Source of the DNA: Octopus sinensis
Lineage: Eukaryota
Length of the DNA: 64,000 nucleotides
Direction of reading: 5' to 3'
Assembly (NCBI RefSeq): GCF_006345805.1
Contig: NC_043007.1
Location: 44,144,001 to 44,208,000, forward strand
The translations under genes and the position numbers were made by a program. Each line of letters starts with the position of its first letter. Positions within the stretch are counted from its first letter, which is position 1. The notes under the pieces were generated by a model, which had not been told where the DNA came from, ran no database searches, and was given only the letters and a program-made list of their open reading frames with translations. Below, one piece after another: positions 49,655-62,712 of the stretch.

Positions 49655-50061
49655 ACATCAATGGAAATTGTAGCTGTGATACCAGTGCCGGTGGCACGTA
49701 AGAGAACCAACCGAACGTGGCCGTTGCCAGTGCCACCCCAGCGGGCCTACGTGACGGTGGCACGTAAAAAGCACCATCCGATTGCGGCCATTGCCAGCCT
49801 CGCCTGGCCCCCAAGCCGGTGGCACGTAAAAATCACCATCCGATCGTGGCCGTTTGCCAGCCTCGTCTGGCAACTGTGCAGGTGGCACGTAAAACGCACC
49901 CGCTACACTCACGGAGTGGTTGACATTAGGAAGGGCATCCAGCTGTAGAAATACTGCCAGATCAAACTGGGCCTGGCGCAGCCTTCTGGCTTCCCAGAAC
50001 CCACTTGAACTGTCCAACCCATGCTAGCATGGAAAATGGATGTTATACGAGGATGATGATG
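49655..50061 (+). mobile_element. RTE 3' UTR-derived SINE-like copy
   Basis: Repeated ggcacgtaaaaagcacc modules, aggaagggcatccagc, (GAT)n tail. Confidence 0.85.
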
Positions 50062-50640
50062 ATTAGGGTGTTCAGAAAGTAATTGCGTTTTGCCAGAAAG
50101 AATATAAAAATGGATCTAAACTATGTTTATCTGAATAGTTTTAATCAAGAAAGTAATCACCAATCGTTTTCAACAACTGCAGCCCAATGGGAAAGTAACT
50201 TTTTCATGCCATATTCAAAGAAACCTAGCCCTTCTAGGATTTACCATATGTATATGATTGCATATCTGTCATGCCTTCACTTCAAGGAGTAGAGCTGTAG
50301 TTTTCTCAGACTATCCTTATAGCTCATCCACTACATTGTTTCATTTTTTTTTAGTGCAGTGGCATATATGTGTGTGGGTATATATACATATACCCCTTAT
50401 ATGAGCAGAGATGTGATAGTGAGGAAATGAATGATAGATGGATCGTTTCAGTGAAAATTCAAAATTCAAGGTGCAAGAAGTGGCTATGTGGTAAGTAGCT
50501 TGCATACCAACCACATGGTTCCAAGTTCTTTCCCACTACGTAGCACCTTGGGCAAGTGTCTTCTTACCATAGCCTCAGGCCGACCAAATCCTTTTGAGTG
50601 GATTAAGTAGACAGAAACTGAAAGAAGCCCGTCCAGTATA
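50062..50640. repeat. Copy 2 of the inverted duplication
   Basis: Reverse complement of 29870-30453. Confidence 0.92.
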
Positions 50641-50648
50641 TGTATATA

Positions 50649-50681
<33 letters not shown>

Positions 50682-50859
50682 CATACATATATATATATAT
50701 ACATACATACATATATATATATACATACATACATAATATATATATACATACATACATATATATATACATACATACATATATATATAATATACATATATAT
50801 ATATATATATACATACATACATACATATATATATATATACATACATACATATATATATA

Positions 50860-51075
50860 ACGGGAAGCTTTATGAAAATAACAAAAGACTAAGGCAGGTG
50901 GAAAACAAACGAACAAGTGTATTAGTATGGCGCTCAGGAAATATAAATAAAACAAGTCTTTAACGTTTCGAGCTACGCTCTTCAACAGAAGATACACAGA
51001 GAGAGAAAAAACACAGAAAGAAGGAGAGAAAAAAAATGCGTGCTGCAGTAGCTAACGAATCAACATGGCGATCTG
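50860..51075 (-). mobile_element. Solo Penelope-like terminal repeat
   Basis: Similar to 57978-58160 (ggaagctttaYgaaaata...gtattagtatggcRctcagga...hammerhead...gattcaacatggcg). Confidence 0.7.
50957..50992 (-). ncRNA. Hammerhead-like motif, A6U core variant (copy 1)
   Basis: UCUU-CUGUUGA-A-GAGC-GUA-GCUC-GAA-ACGU-UA-AAGA. Confidence 0.55.
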
Positions 51076-51411
51076 TACATATGTACATATATATATAGAT
51101 ATACAGTAATACATATATATATATATACAGACATACATATATAATATTACTATATATAATATATATATACAATATATAACCTATATATATTCTTATATAT
51201 ACATACATACATACATATATATATATATTATACATACATACATAATACATATATATATAGAGACATACATACATACATATTATTAATACATACATACATA
51301 TATATATATATACATACATATATATTATATATACATATATATATATATACATACATTATATATACATACATATATAGATATACATACATATATATATATA
51401 CATACAGCATA

Positions 51412-51442
<31 letters not shown>

Positions 51443-51705
51443 CACAACATACGATATATATACACATATACATATATATATAATACATACATATATATAT
51501 ATACATATTTATATTATACATACATAATATATATTATACATATATATATACTACATACATATATAGATATACATACATACATAATATAATACATACATAT
51601 ATATACATTACATATATATATATATATAATATACATATATATAATACATAACATATATACATACATACATATATATAGACAGCATACATATATATATACA
51701 GATAT

Positions 51706-51753
<48 letters not shown>

Positions 51754-51909
51754 ATATATATATATATATATACACACATATATAACACAATATATATATA
51801 TATATACACACATATATATATCATATATATATATATTATATAATATACAACATATATATATATATATATACATACATATATATATACATACATATATATA
51901 TATACATAC

Positions 51910-51967
<58 letters not shown>

Positions 51968-52340
51968 ATATATATATACATACATAATATATAATACATA
52001 TATATATATATTATACATAATATATAATATATACATATATATAATAAACTTATATACATATACATATAGATAACATATACATATATAATATACATATATA
52101 ATATACATATAATATACATATATATATACATTATATATACATATACATATATACATATATATACATATATATATACATATTATACTATATATATGCATAT
52201 ATATACATATATATATACATATATATACATTATATATAATATATATAATATATATACATATATATATACATATATATATATATATACATATATATATACA
52301 TATATATATACATATATATATACATATAATATATATATAT

Positions 52341-52374
<34 letters not shown>
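51076..52374. repeat. Compound (TA)/(TACA) microsatellite, about 1.3 kb
   Basis: Directly visible; another tract at 50640-50858. Confidence 0.95.
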
Positions 52375-55300
52375 CTTAGAATAACTTAGAAGGTTTTTGG
52401 CCAGTATTGGCCCAGGCCATGTCTAACTTAATAGCACCACCTGGCGAAGTCTTTCAGTTCAGGATTTGGGCACCAAGGCCCATTCGAGCAGAGAGTTATT
52501 GTTTTTGCGGAGACATATCCGGGTGTGGGTGGTTTGTCCGGTACTGTTTGAGGAATTTGTCCAAAGACTTCTTGAATTTGTGTGGTCAGTCAGTTTCTTT
52601 TTTGACGTGTCCTGGTGTAATGTTGAAGAGAGCGGGTCCAATTGAGGTGAAATAGTTGTGCCGTATTGTCGTTATGTGATGCGATTTAGATTTTTGTTGT
52701 GGACGGATGGCACGTGGTCCAAGCCTTGGATGCATTTTGAAGGTGATGCCAACATCATTCGGACAGTGCTGATGGAATATTTTCCACATCATACAGATAA
52801 TGTAGCGTTCACGGCGTCGTTGGAGTGAATACAATTTCAGCTTCTCTAGTCTACCCCAGTAGTCAAGGTCTGCTGACATGCCATCTATTTTTGTGATGAG
52901 ACCTTTGGGGAGCTTCAATTCTCATAATATTTTGTTTGTGTAGGGAGACCACAGTGGACAGCAGTATTCAAGGTGGGGTCGGGCAAAAGTGGAGAAGAGA
53001 AGGATAATAGCGTGGGAATCTCTCGACTGGAAGGTTCTGAGAATCCAGGAACACATTCTGCGGGCCATGTCAACTTTGCTGCTTATATGTGTAGCCAGCT
53101 TATGTTGTTGTCCACTGTTACTCCCAGGTCTCTGATGTTGTTGGATGCCATGAGAATTTCTCCAGAAGGAAGAGAGTATGGGAGTTTCAGAGCGTCCTCC
53201 CTTCCAAAGTGGATCAGTTCGAATTTGTCTTCATTTAGCAACATGTTATTCTTTTCCGCCCATTGGACAACAGCCAGTAGGTCTGACTGAAGGTTTATTC
53301 GGTCATCTACGCCATTGATGACCTTCTGGAGCTTGGAATCATCAGCGAAGGTTCTGATGTTGCTGTGTTTGATGGTGTCAGTAATATCATTTATGTAGAT
53401 GATGAAGAGAAGTGGGGCCAACACAGTGCCTTGTGGGACACCACTGCTGACTTTGGCTGGGCTGGATTTGACTCCTTCGACTACAACATGTTGGGTTCTG
53501 TTAGAGAGGAAGCACTTGATCCATTGCAGCAGCTTTCCAGTGACACCAATATTGGACAGCTTTCTCAGAAGGATCTTATGATCAACCCTGTCAAAGGCCT
53601 TGCTGAAATCAAGGTAGATGACATCAGTGTTGGAACCCTCTCCCAAGGCTCTCAAAATGTCATCAAAATGATGCAGTAGCTGCGTCAGGCAATCTCTCCC
53701 ATTACGGAATCCATGCTGGTGGGGGTTCAGCATATTATGACTCTCAAGGAAGTGAGTCATACGCGATCTCAGCACCCTCTCAAATACCTTGATGATATGA
53801 GAGGTGAGTGAGATTGGACGGTAATTCACGGCAAGCGATTTGTTTCCTTTTTTGAAAACTGGGACAACAGACTGGGATAGAAGGTCTTCTGGTATATATC
53901 CAGCATCCAATGAGTTCCGCCACAGATTGGCTAGAGGGGGTGCAAGTTGGTTTTGACACATCTTCAAGACACAAGCAGGGACCTATCGGGACCTACTGCT
54001 GAATTATGCTTCATTTCCTTTATTGCTGCTAAGACATCAGGAGCGCCAAATGTTATGTCCGATAAAGTGTATTGGGGAGTAACATCACTGATACAGCCCA
54101 GATCAGTCATATCAGGATTGCTGAAAACAGAGCAATATTGTTTCTGCAATATTTCTCCCATGGTTTTGGCATTGTCTTGAAGAGTACCATTTTCATCAAT
54201 CAGAGGGCCAACAGTAGAACCAGTGACTCTGTGTTTTTTTGCAAATGAAAAGAACACTTTGGGATTGAGTTTGATCTTCTCAATGGCCCAGGCCTCTTCA
54301 GCTCTTCGCTGACTATTGATGATAGACATCATGTTTGTTTTGGAGTTTATGTTTTTTAATCTCTAGCGACGAGATGGCAGTCAGGTTGGTGTGTTGCTGT
54401 TGACAGTATTTCAGCATGTTGATCTTTTTGTTGATTCTTTTAATTTTCCTTATGAGAGATTTTCTATTTCTAGGGATTCGACACTTAGATTTGTTTGCAG
54501 ATCTTAATGGGGTGTGTCTTGCACATATGTTCGTGATGGTGTCTACAAGTGACTGCCAGGACTTTTTGATGTTAGTGGGTGTGTATGTGTGCGTGAAGGA
54601 CCAATCGACTTGTGCAAGATCATTATTGATCGCTTCCCAGTTTGCATTGTGGAAATCCATAGTGTCAAATGGATGAACAGGAGGGATGACATTTGTTTTG
54701 CATTTTGGCCAGTGAAATCTCAGATCACAGAGAACCATGTCATGGTCGGAGAGTAGGGTTTTCTCCACTGCAATATTGTGGATAGTATCAGTGTGATTGC
54801 TGAAAATTAAGTCTAAGACGTTTTTGTGACATCTCGTTGGTTCGAGTACCAGTTGGGACAAGAAGAAGTCATCCATGAAGTCAAGAAGCGATTCCACTGC
54901 CTCCCTGTCAGGGGTTGAGAGAGAAGAACCTGGCGGCAGACTGTTTGTAGACCAGTCAACCCCGGAAGGTTGAAATCTCCCATCATTAAAATGTTGTCAG
55001 GTTGACACTGCTGAATGAAACACTTTATGCTGTTGAGGCATTCCTTGAAGCATGGTAGGGGCGTTTGGGGTGGTCTGTAGAGCCCAACTACTGTTAAGTT
55101 GTTGGTTTGACTGAATACAGCGACTGCTTCGCAGTATCCATTCGAAAATATGTTCATGGCTTCTGTTGAGAATGAATCATGGACATAAATGGCAGTCCCA
55201 CCCTTTCTTCTGCCAACACGATCAGCACGAATGGTTTTGAAATTTTTAACTTTCACCTCGGCTTCCAAGTGGAGGTCACTAAGATGGGTTTCAGTGAGGA

Positions 55301-57125
55301 CGAAGAAAGGGATGTGGTTTGGATGGGCCTCGACCCAGTCCTCCAGGAATCTTATCTTCCATTTTTGTGTATTGGTGGAAGGGCTGATGCCTTGGGCATT
55401 AAGCAGAAATGTTGAGGCGAGAGTGGATGGTTTTAATTGTTTTGGTGATTTGTTTATTTGATTGCTTTTTAATGGCATGTGTAGTGGGGTAATAGTGGTG
55501 GATGGCGGTGGGTGATAGCTCGGATGTTTTTTTCCAGTTCTTTTGCTAGATTCATTATAGCTAAAAAAGAGGAAGAAGAGGTGGTTTCCTGTCTAGGGAA
55601 CCGCAGGTGACTGTGGCCGCGGCTATTTTATGTGAGTGGTTATCTTTAAATGTCCGACGAGTCCCCGGGAGATGGGTAAAGGGGCAATCCCTGTGCAAGC
55701 ACAATCTGTCTCGCTGGGAATAGCGGCAGATTTGGGGATTCCTTGTTTGAGATATTGGTGGTTGTGGTGATGATGTTGTATTATGGTGGTTGCTGTTGTA
55801 GTTTGTGGGGATAGAGCGTTTTGTTCCAGGTAAATGGGTGAATTTGCAGTCTCTATCAGTGCACAGTCTATGGCGAAGAGAATATCGGCAAATGATGGGG
55901 TTTCGAGTGGGTGTGTAGGTGCGTGTGTGTGTGTGAGCTGTGAAAGGTGTAGATGATAGTTTGTTGAAGTTTTGGCGACCTTTGTGACCTGTAGGAGGTA
56001 AATTCCTTGAGATAGCATTAGTAGTAGTAGCTGTAGTAGTAGTAGGTAGAAGAGATGTTGACAGTGGTAATGATTGAGGAGGTCGATTCCAAGACAAAGA
56101 TGTTTGTCGATATATAGTGGGAGTAGTACTAGTAGTAGTAAGCAGAGGAGATGGTGTTGACAATGATGATGATTGAGCTGCTGGGGCAGTGAAAGGAAGG
56201 GGTGGTGCTTCCTGCTGTGTGACCCTGATGACTGGGGGGTCAATCGTTTCATTTAGCAAATCGGCCATTGTAGATGAATCAAGGAGTGGTTCATCCTGTT
56301 GTTGTTGTTGAGGTTGTTGTTGTTGCCTCTGAGGTTGTTGCTGCTGAAGTTGTTGTTGTTGCTGTAGCTGTTGTTGTTGTTTTTTTTTTTGTTGTTGAGG
56401 TGTGTTGTTGTTGTTGCGCCGGTGATGCGTTCGAAGAGAAAACACATCTCAGTTTATCGAAGTGTTTATTTATTAATTAAAAGCAACTTCGATTTGTTTT
56501 AATTTATTTGGATCTGCTGTTCAGATCGAGTTTGCAAATGGTGAACTGTTCGTTTGGCAATTCGTTCAGACACGAAGCAGCTATGCTCTCTGTTTCGGTA
56601 AGGCCATGCCATGTGTTGATAAGAACGTCGACTTCATTATCAGACCAGTTTTTGTTGGATTTTGGTGGCTAGCCATTCTGGTTGATATGTTTTATTAAAT
56701 TTTATTTTGTTCGTTCGTTTTGTTGATTACTTTTAATTATTATATTATTTTTTTTTTTTTTAAGGAGAAGTATGTAGAATTGATTGTACAGAATGTTTGT
56801 TGTAATACTGAGAAGTTGTATTTGAATTATGAGCTTGTAGTATTTATCTTTCTTTTCTTTTCTTTTTTTTTCCCTCTTTTTCTAATTTTTAATGTGTGGG
56901 TGATCCTTTAGTTATCAGAAGGTGTTTGAAAATATTTGGTCGTTTGAAAATTATGAAAATAGTTTGTGGTTAAGGAAAAGTCTACTCACGAGTTGGGAAA
57001 AAGCGTGGTTTCAAATATACAGGAATATATGTGATGGTCAATTACGACGAATGTAGCTGTGAAGCTTGCTGCTGACCGGCGCAGAGCAGAGAGGAGTAAA
57101 AACACGTCTTATCGTCTCAGCTTAC
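52375..57125 (-). mobile_element. Near full-length CR1-type LINE (5' UTR, ORF1, APE-RT ORF2 broken by at least 5 disruptions)
   Basis: APE motifs (NAQG, LTETHL, GDFNLP, SDHDMV), RT motifs (YLDFSKAFDRVDH, GVPQGTVLAPLLF, FADD), LYSLQRRRER tail and a short TTCTAAG 3' repeat. Confidence 0.93.
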
Positions 57126-57129
57126 AATG

Positions 57130-57338
57130 ACTATATATATACATATATATACATATATATGACTATATATATACAATGACTATATATATACATATATATA
57201 CATATATATACATATATATACATATATATATATATACATATATACACATATATATATACATATATATATTATATATCACACATATATATATATATATACA
57301 TACATATATATATACATACAATATATATATATACATAC

Positions 57339-57372
<34 letters not shown>

Positions 57373-57975
57373 CACATATATATATATACATACTATAATA
57401 TATATACATATATATATATACATACCATATATATATATACATATATATATATACTACATATATATTACATATATACATATACATACATATATATACATAT
57501 ATACATATACTATATATATATACATATACATATATATATATACATATATACAATATACATATATATTATACCTATATATATACATATATATACATATACA
57601 TATATACATATATATACATATATATATACATATATATACATATATATTGCTATATATACATATATATATACATATATATACATATATAATATATAAATAT
57701 TATACATATTATACATATATATATACATATATATATATATACAATATATATACATATAATATACATATATATATACATATATATATACATAGTATATAGA
57801 TATATACTATATATATACATATATATCTATATATATATATATATACATATATATACATATATATACATATATATACATATATATATATATACATATATAC
57901 CATATATATATACATATATATACATATTATATATATATCATATATATATACATATATACATATATATATACATAT
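57130..57975. repeat. Compound (TA)/(TACA) microsatellite
   Basis: Directly visible. Confidence 0.95.
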
Positions 57976-57977
57976 AA

Positions 57978-58920
57978 CAGGAAGCTTTACGAAAATAAAC
58001 AATTGTATTAGTATGGCACTCAGGAACAGAAATAAAACAAGTCTTTTACGTTTCGAGCCTACGCTCTTCAACAGAAAAATACACAGAAAAGAAACACGGA
58101 GAGAAACAAGGAGAGAAAAAAAATGCGTGCAGGAGCTAACGATTCAACATGGCGGTCTGATTTCAGCCAGAAGTCAGAGATCAGATGTTAGACGCAAGAG
58201 GGATAATAGGGGAGATAACAGGGTCAAATGATCTCGCCCCAACATAAGGGTGCGTGTGTGTATGAGAGAGTATGTATGTGCATATGAAAGGTCTGGACGT
58301 GTGTATGTATGTATGATGTGATGTGTAATGTTGTATGGTGTAGTGTAGTGTCGTATGGTGTAGTGTGGTGTGATGTTGTGGGGAGGTGGGGAAAGCCCAT
58401 GTGGGGTGTGGGTTCGGCTGGGGGTTGGGATAGAGTGAGGGTTGTGGGGAGAGTGAAAGGGGGAGAGAAGAGAGATGAGGGGGGGCAGAGAGGAGATGAG
58501 GGTGAGAGGGGAGGAGGGGGAAGGAGAGATGAGATGAGGGGGAGAAGGAAGGAGAGGAGATGGAAGGGGAGGGTGAGAGAAGGGGAGTGAGGGAGCAGAG
58601 AAAAAGAGAGAAGGGGGAGAGGGAAGAAGAAAAAGGAAAGAAGAGGAGGGAAAGAGATTAGGGGTGAAAAGATGAAGGACTGAATAGAAGTAGGAGTTGG
58701 GCGGAGGTTAGATGAGAAGGGGGGAAAGTTGAGACCAAATGGCGTAAAAGAGCGAGGAGAGAAGATTAATCCCTGTTCACGGCGCAAACGGGAATCCGGA
58801 TGGCCTCTGTGCAGGGACAATCCGAACACAGACAGGTGTTGCAAGGAGTGACCGGTGGAGCGGAAATGGCATGAGACCGGTGTGTCATTGGCAAGGCGGA
58901 TGTCATGGAGGTGGCATGTA
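57978..58920 (-). mobile_element. Penelope-like 3' fragment (GIY-YIG end, pyrimidine tract, hammerhead terminus)
   Basis: HDIRLANDTPVSCHF...EQGLIF...PFGLN; the terminus is shared with 50860-51075. Confidence 0.8.
58042..58079 (-). ncRNA. Hammerhead-like motif, A6U core variant (copy 2)
   Basis: UUUUU-CUGUUGA-A-GAGC-GUAG-GCUC-GAA-ACGU-A-AAAGA, downstream of a GIY-YIG fragment. Confidence 0.6.
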
Positions 58921-59267
58921 AGGCCGTTGCCAGCCTCGCCTGGCCCCCGTGCCTGTGACACGTAAAAAGCACTACCCGACTGTGTCCGTTGCCATTGCCG
59001 CCCAGACTGGCCTCCGTGCCGGTGGCATGTAAAAAGCACCATCCGATCGTGGCCGTTGCCAGCCCCGTCTGGCACCTGTGCGGGTGGCACGTAAAAAGCA
59101 CCCACTACACTCACGGAGTGGTTGGCGTTAGGAAGGGCATCCAGCCGTAGAAACACTGCCAGATCAGACTGGGCCTGGTGCAACCTTCAGGCTTCCCAGA
59201 CCCCAGTTGAACCGTCCAACCCATGCTAGCATGGAAAGCGGACGCTAAATGATGATGATGATGATGT
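58921..59267 (+). mobile_element. RTE 3' UTR-derived SINE-like copy truncating the Penelope fragment
   Basis: Same modules and (GAT)n tail. Confidence 0.85.
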
Positions 59268-59514
59268 AAGTATAGCCCATAATGGCCTATCTCTTACCTC
59301 TTGATCTGTGAACTCTACGTATGTACATGCATATATCTTTTGTATGATGTAAAAGGATAAAATCTCTTTATATATGTATATGTATTAGTGGATGCTTTTT
59401 GTGCATGTATGTATATGCATATGCATGGTTCTGTTACCTGTGTATATATATATGTATGCAGAATAAGACAGAAGTTTCGATTTTGACTATATGATATATG
59501 AATATCTCTCTTTT

Positions 59515-59706
59515 ACTCTTTTACTTGTTTCAGTCATTTGACTGCGGCCATGCTGGAGCACCGCCTTTAATCGAGCAACTCGACCCCGGGACTTATTCTT
59601 TTGTAAGCCCAGTACTTATTCTATCGGTCTCTTTTGCCGAACCGCTAAGTGACGGGGACATAAACACACCAGCATCGGTTGTCAAGCAATGCTAGGGGGA
59701 CAAACA
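59515..59706 (-). mobile_element. SINE-like repeat (ccatgctggagcaccgcc family)
   Basis: Shared with 29425-29590, 25085-25280, 31855-31910 and 34200-34380. Confidence 0.7.
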
Positions 59707-59708
59707 CA

Positions 59709-60090
59709 TCTCTATATATAAAACTGAAATGCGTTTTTACCGCTTGTATCGCTTTCAATGCCACTACGTCCCGTCCGATTCGCTCCAAAATTTACAGGGA
59801 CATGTAGAATGAGGTGACGATGCCCGTGGGCTACCTTAGAATCCCTATCTTAAAAGATGTGGTTGCTAGGGGCCATCTTCCTCACTCACGCTATTTCCTC
59901 CATTACCCTCTCACTCCCCTTCAAATATAACTTTGATAAGTCCACTACCGTTATTTAATGTATTTTCCTAAACTCACTCTCGCTATTTCCTCTCTTTTTC
60001 ACTCACTCTGTTTCCTACCTTCCCATCACTTCGGCGTTCTTTTATGTATCTGTCTGTCACCAACAACACACGAGCATGAGAACAAATATT
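59709..60090 (+). mobile_element. Helitron-like 5' portion
   Basis: A|TCTCTATATATAAAACTG start resembling the 19641-20278 family; 59940-60050 resembles 21055-21175. Confidence 0.55.
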
Positions 60091-61549
60091 ATGAATCAGA
60101 TATTCTTACGTTCATTTATATGTGTGTGTGTGTTCTATATATAAATATGTATATATAATGTATATATACAAAGTGTATATATCTGTATTTATGTATATTA
60201 AACTTTTTCATAGTTATATATATTTTTAAACAAATTATAAATATAATTTAATAATTTTTATTTTCAATTTAATTAATTTAAATTTTTCAATTTTATATTT
60301 TATATATTTTCTATATATATATTTTTTTATGTTTTTGTTTTTGATTTTTCACTGTTTGATTTGCCTATTAGTGGTTTTATCTCAAATTTAATTTATACAG
60401 ATATATATCTCATTTGTATACATTTGTATATATAATACCTGCACACACACACATATATATACATATATATAATGTGTGCATTACGTAGTCGGTCGATTCA
60501 GCTGAAAATATGCACACCTATGTTAAAAGTGCTGGCAAGTTTGCATGACAACTATTTTTTTCCTCAAATGAAAGGCGTCACCTCTAGGACAAAATTCCTC
60601 ATCTTATAAAATGTGGCCCCAGTAGACCCAAATGAAATCGAGTTATATTAACCAAAATGTGAAAAGGGGTCTAAATGGGGCTGGAAGGGGATTAAAATTT
60701 CAAGGAGCGGGTGTTTAGCAATTCTCTGTTACATCAAGTGCTTGAGCTATTATATGCCTCGGTCATGCAGGAACAAAAGTGTGGCATGCTGGCGCGTTGT
60801 AAGGGACAAACAACTTTCTCTATGTATGCGTGACCGACCTAGGGTCTTACAGAGATGAGTTGTGTTTACAAGGGCACATTGAGCATGGAAAACAAGCGAG
60901 AAAGGTATGTGTGGCATATGAATGTGACAGAGATAGCATTTGTGTGTGTATTAACTATGTGTGTTCGTGTGTGCGACAGAAGTACAAACAAGGTGTATGC
61001 GGGCAAAACAAAATACAGCGCATAGGAAAAGTCTCTCAGGGTATTTCAGACAAGATGGAGTTAATTTACCAGTTCGTAGTAAAGTACATAATAGCAGTTC
61101 ATTCTGTAACAGGATGTTCGGATCACAAGTGCAGATGCCGGTTGAACACATGTCGTGTAGTGGTTGTGGCTTCAATGCCGTGCCAGGTTACATTGGTACA
61201 GAAGATCTCGCAGGTAGTGCTGTGCTGTTAACCTTGGTGAAAATCATAACAGCGTGAAAGCTAAACCTGAATGAATGCTATGTACATATTAGTGTTCCTG
61301 GAGATGAAGGTGACGGAGATGGAGACGACGTGAAGGTGAAGGACGACGATGGTGATGGCGATGCTGAGATGAAGGCGTCAGTGGCGTTGCTGGTGTATGT
61401 TAGCATCGTCATTGGCTGGAGCAGGAACATGACTGGCTGGTCTGGTCGTCTGTCGCTGGAACTGGAACATGGTTGAGTAAGCTCTGTGTGGATGAAGACT
61501 GCGGCAGATTGATTGGTTCAGACTAGGTAGAAACTAGATTTTAGCTAAG

Positions 61550-61717
61550 TATTCTATGGTCTATGACCAGAACACGGGAAACTTAGTTGAGTGTTCTATG
61601 GTCTATGACCAGAATTCGGGAAACTTGCTTCAGTGTTCTATGGTCTATGACCAGAACTCGGGAAATTTGCTTGACTGTTCTATGGTCTATGACCAGAACT
61701 CGGGAAACTTAGTTGAG
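61550..61717. repeat. 4 x 42-bp tandem repeat, each unit with a hairpin
   Basis: Units start at 61550, 61592, 61634 and 61676; GTTC-TA-TGGTC-TAT-GACCA-GAAC. Confidence 0.95.
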
Positions 61718-62399
61718 TCCTCATCTTATAAAATGCGGCCCCAGTAGACCCAAATGAAATCGGGTTATATTAACCAAAATGTGAAAAGGGGTCTAAATGG
61801 GGCTGGAAGGGGATTAAAATTTCAAGGAGCGGGTGTTTAGCAATTCTCTGTTACATCAAGCTAAAAGATTTGCGCCAGCCTTTTAATCGTCAATGTGTTG
61901 CTGTCCATGATGAAGAAGTTTTGAATGCTTGCCATCGTGAATCTACTGTCATGAGAAAGAATCAATTTAAAACTTGGTTTTTAGGGATTTTCTTTTACAT
62001 CAAGTTCAAAATTTTACGCCAGCCGTTGAACTGTCAATACGCTGCTGTCCGTCGTTAAGAAATGCCAGCCATGGTGACTCTACTATCCTCAAATTCTATC
62101 CCTTCAAACTTTGGTTTCCAATATTTTATTATTTTTATTCAGCTCCAGTTCATCCATCTGTCCCTTTTAAATGTTAGTGTTTTGCTGTCTGCCTTGAAGC
62201 AGACCTTTCCGTTGTTACTGCCTGATATTTATGATTGATCTTTCTAAATATTTTATTTCTCAACTTACTCAAGATCTTTTGTTGTTTATAAATGGGAGAG
62301 AGATAGATAAAGATAGAGAGTAAGAGAAAGCGAGGGAGAGTCCGAGAGAAAGGAACAGTAAGAGAGTGGGAAAGTGAGAGAGAAACAAAGAGGGAGAAT

Positions 62400-62712
62400 C
62401 ATCATCATCATCAAATCGTTTAACGTCCGTTTTCCGTGCTAGCACGGGTTGGACAGTTTGACAGGGGTCTGGGAAGCCAGGAGGCTGCACCAGGCTCCAG
62501 TCTGATCTGGCAGTGTTTCTACAGGTGGATGCGCTTCCTAACGCCATCCACTCTGTGAGCATAGCGGGTGCTTTTTTCGTGCCGCCGGCACAAGTGCCAG
62601 GGGGTCTGGCAGCGGCCACGATCGGTTGGTGCTTTTTACGTGCCACCAGCACAGAAGCCAGTCAAGGCGGCGCTGCAATCCGCCACGTTTGGATGGTGCT
62701 TTTTACGTGCTG
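62400..62712 (-). mobile_element. RTE 3' UTR-derived SINE-like copy
   Basis: Reverse complement of the same tail, starting catcatcatc. Confidence 0.8.

Noticed and set aside
50575-52384. Many Tyr/Ile-rich ORFs
   Set aside because: TA microsatellite artefacts; the same applies to 57163-58071.
61550-61717. CRISPR array
   Set aside because: The spacers are homologous to each other and only 19 nt, the context is eukaryotic, and there are no cas genes.
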